Source: an uncultured Candidatus Rokubacteria bacterium (lineage in GTDB: Bacteria > Methylomirabilota > Methylomirabilia > Rokubacteriales > DASRDR01). From it: a stretch of 64,000 nucleotides of DNA. The DNA lies in contig CAWGVS010000005.1 of the NCBI GenBank assembly GCA_963826115.1, forward strand, positions 1,568,001 through 1,632,000. Reading direction: 5' to 3'. This document shows positions 57,692 to 64,000 of this stretch, piece after piece. The translations under genes were made by a program, and so were the position numbers. The notes beneath the pieces were generated by a model. The model ran no database searches. It was not told the DNA's origin and saw only the letters and a program-made list of their open reading frames with translations. The number at the start of each line of letters is the position of its first letter. Position 1 is the stretch's first letter.

Positions 57692-58408
57692 CTACACCGC
57701 GGGGGGCGCGGCCGTCTGCCCGGCCCGCATCCGGAGCCCCTTGCGGAGCTCCTTGTCGCCTCGCTCGCGCACGTCCTCGCCGCGTACGATGTAGATCACG
57801 TCCTCGGCGATGTTGGTCGCGTGGTCCGCGATGCGCTCGAGGTTCCGGGAGACGAGGATCAGCGCCAGCGCCCGGGGAATCGTCGAGGTGTCCGCCATCA
57901 TGTAGACGAGCAGCTCCCGGAACACCTGGTCCCGGAGGCTGTCGACCGCGTCGTCCGACTCGATCACGGCGCGGGCCAGGTCCGGGTCCCGTCGCACGAA
58001 GGCGTCGAGGCTCTTCCGCACCATCTCCTGCGCGAGCGTCGCCATCCGCGGGATGTCGATCAGCGGCTTGACCTGCGGCTCGTGGATCAGGGACCGCGCG
58101 CGCAGCGCGATGCTGACGGCCTGGTCGGCCATCCGCTCCAGATCGCTGTTGATCTTGATGCTGGCCACCAGGAAGCGGAGGTCCGAGGCCATCGGCTGCT
58201 GGAGGGCCAGCCGGGTGAAGCAGCGGTCGTCGACCTCGATGCAGAGGAGGTCCATCTCCTCCTCGTGGGCGAGGACCGCCTCCACCAGCCCCTCGTCGCG
58301 GTCGACGAGCGCCCGGACGCTCTTGTGGATCATGCTCTCGGCCAGGCTGCCCATCGCGAGAAGCTTCTCGCGGATGGCCTGAAGCTCGACCTCGAAGTGT
58401 CGCTCCAT
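57692..58408 (-). CDS. phoU: Phosphate signalling protein
   Basis: QQPMASDLR, DLERMADQA, RNLERIADHATNIAEDVIY. Confidence 0.95.
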   Translation of the reverse strand: MERHFEVELQAIREKLLAMGSLAESMIHKSVRALVDRDEGLVEAVLAHEEEMDLLCIEVDDRCFTRLALQQPMASDLRFLVASIKINSDLERMADQAVSIALRARSLIHEPQVKPLIDIPRMATLAQEMVRKSLDAFVRRDPDLARAVIESDDAVDSLRDQVFRELLVYMMADTSTIPRALALILVSRNLERIADHATNIAEDVIYIVRGEDVRERGDKELRKGLRMRAGQTAAPPAV

Positions 58409-58423
58409 GCGCCCCTCCGTGGC

Positions 58424-59242
58424 CTAGCCGAACCGGCCGGTGATGTACGCCTCGGTCTTGGGATCCTTGGGCATCGTGAACAGCTCCTTGGTCACTCCGA
58501 ACTCCACCAGCTCCCCGAGCAGCATGAAGCCCGTGTAGTCCGAGACCCGCGCCGCCTGCTGCATGTTGTGGGTGACGATGACGATGGTGAAGCTGGACTT
58601 CAACTCGAGCATCAGCTCCTCGATCTTGGCGGTGGCGATGGGGTCCAGCGCCGAGCACGGTTCGTCCATCAGCAGGACGTCCGGCTCCACCGCGATCGCC
58701 CGGGCGATGCACAGGCGCTGCTGCTGCCCCCCCGACAGGCTGAGCGCGCTCTCGTGGAGGCGGTCCGAGACCTCGTCCCACAGGGCCGCGCCCTTGAGGC
58801 TCCGCTCCACCATCGCCTCGAGCTCCCCCCGCGCGCTGACGCCCAGGATGCGTGGGCCGTAGGCGACGTTCTCGAAAATGGACTTGGGGAACGGGTTTGA
58901 TTTCTGGAACACCATGCCCACGCGTTTGCGGAGCTCGGTCACGTCGAGCTTCGGGTCGTGGATGTCCGTCCCGCCGATACGGATCTGCCCGGTCACGCGC
59001 ACGCCGTCCACCAGGTCGTTCATGCGGTTCAGGCATCGAAGGAGCGTGCTCTTCCCGCAGCCCGAGGGGCCGATGTAGGCCGTGATCCGATGCTTCGGCA
59101 CGGACATGTTGACGTTCTTGAGAGCTTGCTTGCTCCCGTACCAGAGGTTGACCTGCTCGATCTCGACCATGGGCATCTCCATGACCGATGCCAGGACAGC
59201 GTCAGGATTCAGGCCCGTGGCGATGTGGATATTCCCCATCAT
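58424..59242 (-). CDS. pstB: Phosphate ABC ATPase
   Basis: [53 protein letters not shown]. Confidence 0.96.
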   Translation of the reverse strand: MMGNIHIATGLNPDAVLASVMEMPMVEIEQVNLWYGSKQALKNVNMSVPKHRITAYIGPSGCGKSTLLRCLNRMNDLVDGVRVTGQIRIGGTDIHDPKLDVTELRKRVGMVFQKSNPFPKSIFENVAYGPRILGVSARGELEAMVERSLKGAALWDEVSDRLHESALSLSGGQQQRLCIARAIAVEPDVLLMDEPCSALDPIATAKIEELMLELKSSFTIVIVTHNMQQAARVSDYTGFMLLGELVEFGVTKELFTMPKDPKTEAYITGRFG

Positions 59243-59251
59243 AAGCGTCTC

Positions 59252-60853
59252 CTAGACGGCGGCCGTCGCATACTTCCGGCGCAACCGGTTGCGCATGCCG
59301 ATCGCGAACAGGTTCAGGAGCACGACGATCCCCAGCAGCAGGAGCGTCGTCGCGAAGACCATCGGGCGCGCAGCGTCGACGTTCGGTGACTGGAATCCCA
59401 CGTCGTAGATGTGGAATCCCAGGTGCATGAACTTTCGGTCCAGGTGGATGAAGGGCCAGAAGCCATCGACCGGCAGCGCCGGCGCAAGCTTGACCACGCC
59501 GGTGATCATGAGCGGCGCAACCTCACCGGCCGCGCGAGCCATCGCCAGGATGAGGCCCGTGAGGACCGAGGGCATGACAGCGGGCAGCACGACCCGCAGC
59601 GTGGTCTCGAGCTTCGTGGCGCTGAGCGCCAGCGAGGCTTCGCGCATCCCGCCCGGAATGGCCGCCAAGCCTTCCTCCGTCGCCACGATCACGACCGGGA
59701 CGGTGAGGAGGGCGAGCGTCAGCGACGCCCACAGGATCCCACCGGTGCCGAAGGTCGGCGTGGGGAGCGCCTCCGGATAGAACAGCCGATCGATGGAACC
59801 TCCGACGACGTAGATGAAGAAGCCGACACCGAAGACGCCGAAGACGATAGAGGGCACGCCGGCGAGGTTGTTGACGGCGATGCGCACGATGCTCACGAAC
59901 GCGCCCTGCTTCGCATACTCCCGCAGGTAGAAGGCGGCCAGCACGCCGAGCGGCGTCACCAGCACGCTCATGATCATCACCATCATGACCGTGCCGAAGA
60001 TGGCCGGGAAGACACCGCCCTCGGTGTTCGCCTCGCGCGGATCGTCGGCGGCGAACGCCCAGAGCTTCCTGGCGTAGTGCACCACCTTGGCGCCGGTCCC
60101 CATCGCGTTCGGAACGTACACGTCGATCACCTGCGCCAGAGGGAGCGTCTTCTCCTTGCCGCCATCCGCGGCGACGGTCACCGTATCCGTCTGCTGCGTG
60201 CGCAAGGCGGCCAGGCGTGCTTCCTGAACCTGGTAGCGCTCCTGTAGCGCAGCGAGCTCCTTCCGGAGCGCAGTGACCTCTGGCCCGGACGCGACTTCCC
60301 GCATCTCCAGGCGGCGAAGCTTCAGTCGAATCTGCTCCTGAGCGAAGTTGATGCCCCCGATCTCACCCTTCTCGATGCGCCTGATCTCCGCGCGGACCCG
60401 GCCGGACTCCGGCAACCGCCGCGCGACCTCCGCTCGTCCCGCCTCGGGCCCGGTGGCGACAACCTGGCCGTCGTGCCGGACCTCCTTGATCGCTCCGATG
60501 AGCGTGCCCCACTCCGTCCGTTCGATCACCACGACATCGGCTGGGTACTCGCGCTTGGCGATCTGACTCTCGTCGACCCACTGGAAGTCGGCGCCGTAGA
60601 GGTCACGGTTGGCTACCTTGAGCTTGATGCGGTACTGCCCAGTCGTGCCGGGGATGGGCTCGCGGTCGGCCACCTGCCCGGTCATGCCCTTGCCGTCGAG
60701 GAGCGTGACGCGCAGCACGCCCTGTGGCCAGAAGAACCCAAGGCCGTTGTAGAGGATCAGCCCGATCAGTCCCGCCACCAGGAGGAGCGAGAGTGCCAGC
60801 GCTCCACCTGTCAGCCAAATGAACGGCTCGCCGCTTCGCCAGAGCTTTCTCAT
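59252..60853 (-). CDS. pstA: Phosphate ABC permease, long form with coiled-coil periplasmic insert
   Basis: DDPREANTEGGVFPAIFGT, NLAGVPSIVFG, ARAAGEVAPL. Confidence 0.93.
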   Translation of the reverse strand: MRKLWRSGEPFIWLTGGALALSLLLVAGLIGLILYNGLGFFWPQGVLRVTLLDGKGMTGQVADREPIPGTTGQYRIKLKVANRDLYGADFQWVDESQIAKREYPADVVVIERTEWGTLIGAIKEVRHDGQVVATGPEAGRAEVARRLPESGRVRAEIRRIEKGEIGGINFAQEQIRLKLRRLEMREVASGPEVTALRKELAALQERYQVQEARLAALRTQQTDTVTVAADGGKEKTLPLAQVIDVYVPNAMGTGAKVVHYARKLWAFAADDPREANTEGGVFPAIFGTVMMVMIMSVLVTPLGVLAAFYLREYAKQGAFVSIVRIAVNNLAGVPSIVFGVFGVGFFIYVVGGSIDRLFYPEALPTPTFGTGGILWASLTLALLTVPVVIVATEEGLAAIPGGMREASLALSATKLETTLRVVLPAVMPSVLTGLILAMARAAGEVAPLMITGVVKLAPALPVDGFWPFIHLDRKFMHLGFHIYDVGFQSPNVDAARPMVFATTLLLLGIVVLLNLFAIGMRNRLRRKYATAAV

Positions 60854-63147
60854 AGGTAGCGGTATTTCCTCCGCAGCTTGAGACGGACCACCTCGGCAAC
60901 GGTGTTCAGCACGAACGTCAAGCAGAACAGCAGGAACGCGGCGAGGAAGAGAACGCGAAAGAGCGTGCCCTGTTCCGGAGCCTCGGGCAACTCCACCGCA
61001 ATGTTGGCGGACAGGGCCCGGAAGCCGTTGAAGATGCTCCAATCCATGACGGGCGTGTTGCCGGTGGCCATGAGCACGATCATCGTCTCGCCCACCGCCC
61101 GTCCAAAGCCGATCATGATGGCGGAGAAGATCCCCGGGCTGGCCGTCGGCAGCACGATGCGCACCGCCGTCTGCCACCGCGTGGCCCCGAGCGCCAGCGA
61201 GCCCGCGCGGAGGTGCCCCGGCACGTTGGCGAGAGAGTCCTCCGCGATCGTGAAGATGATGGGGATCACCGCGAAGCCCATCGCGATGCCTACCACCAGG
61301 GAATTGCGCTGATCGTAGGTCAGACCGAGGGCCGAGAGCAGCCAACCTCGGTAGTTGCCGCCGAGGAGGACGAGATCGATCCAGCCCCCCAGAGTGAACG
61401 CGAGCCAGAGGCCAGCCACGACCACGGGGATCAGCAGGAACACCTCGCTCCCGGCTCTGACCCGCGCGCGCACGCCGATCGGCAGGATCTGCCATCCGAG
61501 CATGGCCAGGACGATCACCACCGGGAGCACCAGGGGGATGAGGAAGAGCCCGGGTACGATCCGCTCGACCATCGGAGCGAGCCAGAGGCCGGCCAGGAAG
61601 CCCAGGACCACGCTGGGCAACGCCGCCATGATCTCGACGACCGGCTTGATGTAGGCCTTGAGGTTCGGGTGCATGAACTCGCTGACGTAGACGGCCGCGA
61701 GGAGCGCCAGCGGGACGGCGACGAGAAGAGCGTAGAACGTTCCCTTGAGCGTCCCGTAGATCAGCGGAGCCAGACTGAGCTTGGCCTCGAAGTCGTCGGT
61801 TCCGCCGGTCGATTGCCACACGTAGTCGGGCTTGGAATACCCCTCGTACCACACCTTGCCGAAGAGGGTCCGCCAGGTGACCTCCGGGTGGGGGTTGTCC
61901 AGCCGCCACTGCCCCACCGCGCCGCTCTCGTCGAAGGTCACGATCGCATCGGCCTTCGGCGCCATCACGATGCCGCGCAACGCCGCGCCCGCGGTCGTCC
62001 ACGACAGCAAGGTCTGGCCCGAGGTGCCGTAGTTGACGTGTACCTCGCCCGTGGCGTCGGTAGTCGTGAAGCTTTTCTCGCGTCTCGACGCGCTGATGTC
62101 GACCACCGCCCCCTTGTGGCGCTCGAACTCGTAGATGCGCGTCAGGCGCGGCGCGCCGCCCTCCGGAGGTGGAACGACTTGCCACGTCGAGACCGCGCCC
62201 GATTGGTCGCCGACGACGAGCGTCCGGTCGCCGATGAGGAAGCCGAGCGCCGTAACGGGGACACCGCGACCCCCTCCTACGTCCGCGACCTCGATCCTGG
62301 CCGGGTTCGCGGGATCGCGCATGTCATAGCGCACCACCTGGCCCTGGGAGGTCGCGACGAACAGGCTCTCGGCGCGGCCGTCCAACGCGAGCTTCGTGAC
62401 CTCGCCGTCGACGTCTACCCGAAAGGTCCGGCGAGATTCCTCGCGGGTGCTGGGTCCGACCAGGGCCTTCTTCGTGACGGTCGCGTGCACCACCAGCTCG
62501 GTGGGGCCCACCTGCGCGATCGAGATGGGCCCGGAGTCGGGGGTCGCGAAGGTGAGGGCCCGGATCGGCCGCCTGCTTTCCGGGTCGAGGGCCGAAGGGT
62601 CGCCGAAGGTGGGTTGGGGCGTCACGGTACGCCCGGAGGCCGGGAACTCGATCGTGAACTTCATCTCGAGGGGAATCGCGCGCCCGTCCGACGTGCCAAG
62701 GAGGTAGCGGGATGCCCCCGCAGCCGCGGTGGTCGAGATCTGCGCCCCATCCAGACCCGGGACAGAGACCGGGGGCAGAACGCGGCCGTCCCGGAGGCTC
62801 AGGAGTTGAAGCGCGCCACGCTGGTCGATGGCGTACACGATCTCGCGATACTCGTCGACTCCGAGACTCCCGCCGCTCGCCAGCCGCCATGGTGAGCTTG
62901 GGTCGGCCGCTGGATACGATCGGATCAACGTCGCCGTGGGCGCCTTGAACAGCGGATAGACCTCGACCGCGATGACGAACAAGATCGCGAGGATGGCGGC
63001 GATGATGATAAGGCCGCCGACCACGACCAGGCGCGAGGCCCATCGATCGGTGCGGATCCGGCGGCGGGTCCGACCCGCCGAAACGACCAGCGGGCGAGCC
63101 GGTGGTGCCGGCCCGCCCGCATCCAGCGTTTCGACGTTGACGGCCAT
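60850..63147 (-). CDS. pstC: Phosphate ABC permease, long form with beta-propeller-like periplasmic domain
   Basis: KVWYEGY..P.YVWQS, PLIYGTLK, EIMAALPSVVLGF, GRAVGETM. Confidence 0.92.
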   Translation of the reverse strand: MAVNVETLDAGGPAPPARPLVVSAGRTRRRIRTDRWASRLVVVGGLIIIAAILAILFVIAVEVYPLFKAPTATLIRSYPAADPSSPWRLASGGSLGVDEYREIVYAIDQRGALQLLSLRDGRVLPPVSVPGLDGAQISTTAAAGASRYLLGTSDGRAIPLEMKFTIEFPASGRTVTPQPTFGDPSALDPESRRPIRALTFATPDSGPISIAQVGPTELVVHATVTKKALVGPSTREESRRTFRVDVDGEVTKLALDGRAESLFVATSQGQVVRYDMRDPANPARIEVADVGGGRGVPVTALGFLIGDRTLVVGDQSGAVSTWQVVPPPEGGAPRLTRIYEFERHKGAVVDISASRREKSFTTTDATGEVHVNYGTSGQTLLSWTTAGAALRGIVMAPKADAIVTFDESGAVGQWRLDNPHPEVTWRTLFGKVWYEGYSKPDYVWQSTGGTDDFEAKLSLAPLIYGTLKGTFYALLVAVPLALLAAVYVSEFMHPNLKAYIKPVVEIMAALPSVVLGFLAGLWLAPMVERIVPGLFLIPLVLPVVIVLAMLGWQILPIGVRARVRAGSEVFLLIPVVVAGLWLAFTLGGWIDLVLLGGNYRGWLLSALGLTYDQRNSLVVGIAMGFAVIPIIFTIAEDSLANVPGHLRAGSLALGATRWQTAVRIVLPTASPGIFSAIMIGFGRAVGETMIVLMATGNTPVMDWSIFNGFRALSANIAVELPEAPEQGTLFRVLFLAAFLLFCLTFVLNTVAEVVRLKLRRKYRYL

Positions 63148-64000
63148 CTACTGGATCTTGGCCAACTCTTCCTTGGCGACGTGGGCCGGAATCGGGAAGT
63201 AACCGTCCTTGACGACCCCCTCCTGGCCCTCCTTGGAGAGGATGAGCTTCGCAAATTCACGCGTGAGGGGATCCAGGGACTTTCCCGGCGCCTTGTTCAC
63301 GTAAACGTAGAGGAACCGAGCAAGCGGGTAGGCGCCACTATAGGCATTGTCCGCCGTGGCCTCCTCGCACTGGCCGCCGGCCTTCTCGGCGATCGGCACG
63401 GCACGGACGCCAGCGGTCGCGTACCCGATCCCGCTATAGCCCGCGGCGAAGCGGTCCACGGTCACACCCTGGACAACCGCGGCAGATCCGGGCTGCTCCT
63501 TGACCTCGTCCTTGTAGTCGCCGTTCTTCAAAACGTGCTCCTTGAAGAATCCGTACGTCCCGGAGGCCGAGTTGCGTCCGTAGAGGCTGATGGGCCGGCT
63601 GGCCCACTCACCGGTCAACCCAAGCTGTCCCCAGGTCTTGACGTCCTCCTGGTGACCGCCACGGCGACTCTTCGAGAACACCGCGTCCACCTGGGCCATG
63701 GTCATGCACTTGACCGGGTTGTCCTTGTTCACGAACACGGCAAGCGCGTCGACCGAGGTGCGGATCGGGGTCGGCTTGTAGCCGTACTTCTTCTCGAACT
63801 GATCGATTTCGGTGCCCTTCATCGCCCGGGACATGGGGCCGAGCTGGGCCGTACCCGCTATCAGGGCCGGCGGCGCCGTCGAGGAGCCCTTGCCCTCGAT
63901 CTGGATCTTGGCGTTCGGGTAGAACTTGTTGAACTGCTCGGCCCAGAGCGTCATGAGGTTGTTGAGCGTGTCGGACCCGACGCTCGACACGTTACCGCTG
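63148..64000 (-). CDS. pstS: Phosphate-binding protein, 5'-truncated by window edge
   Basis: [39 protein letters not shown]. Confidence 0.95.
   Translation of the reverse strand, partial: SGNVSSVGSDTLNNLMTLWAEQFNKFYPNAKIQIEGKGSSTAPPALIAGTAQLGPMSRAMKGTEIDQFEKKYGYKPTPIRTSVDALAVFVNKDNPVKCMTMAQVDAVFSKSRRGGHQEDVKTWGQLGLTGEWASRPISLYGRNSASGTYGFFKEHVLKNGDYKDEVKEQPGSAAVVQGVTVDRFAAGYSGIGYATAGVRAVPIAEKAGGQCEEATADNAYSGAYPLARFLYVYVNKAPGKSLDPLTREFAKLILSKEGQEGVVKDGYFPIPAHVAKEELAKIQ

Noticed and set aside
1-64000. CRISPR arrays, tRNA/rRNA, IS elements, prophage or defence systems
   Set aside because: No spaced direct repeats, cloverleafs, transposase, integrase or phage motifs seen by eye

Overview
High-GC (roughly 70-75% by eye) bacterial chromosomal window. 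It is gene-dense, and I see no CRISPR array, rRNA, tRNA or transposase. The style (LLM monooxygenases, GcvT-family flavoproteins, an orphan ABC substrate-binding protein, diderm envelope genes) suggests a Rokubacteria/Methylomirabilota-like soil bacterium; this is inference only. In order it holds: (1) gdh, pyk and ispH; (2) a large hopanoid locus with divergent shc-mlaEFD-tolC-mlaC-NTP transferase and cruF-like-hpnH-hyp-hpnG-Omp85-hpnA-hpnD-two Zn polyol dehydrogenases-pagL; (3) LLM/RidA/GAF genes; (4) a phnW-phnA-GcvT-family aminophosphonate operon lacking phnX/phnY; (5) a Cys-rich protein, two Ddl-like ATP-grasp ligases and KamA; (6) an ECF sigma factor coupled to an anti-sigma(ZAS)-Ogt-Ada(Zn) triple fusion and a fluoroacetate-type dehalogenase; (7) GT9/PAP2, a pgaC remnant and pgaD; (8) phoB-phoR-malQ and pdxR-pdxST; (9) a membrane-anchored P450, several transporters and a TPP riboswitch-cytX; (10) pstSCAB-phoU. 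The best candidates for undescribed biology are the sigma/anti-sigma alkylation-response module, the extra hopanoid tailoring/transport genes, the GcvT-linked AEP operon and the KamA/ATP-grasp operon. Three genes (hpnA, hpnG, the NCS2 permease) show single-base frameshifts that may be assembly errors.
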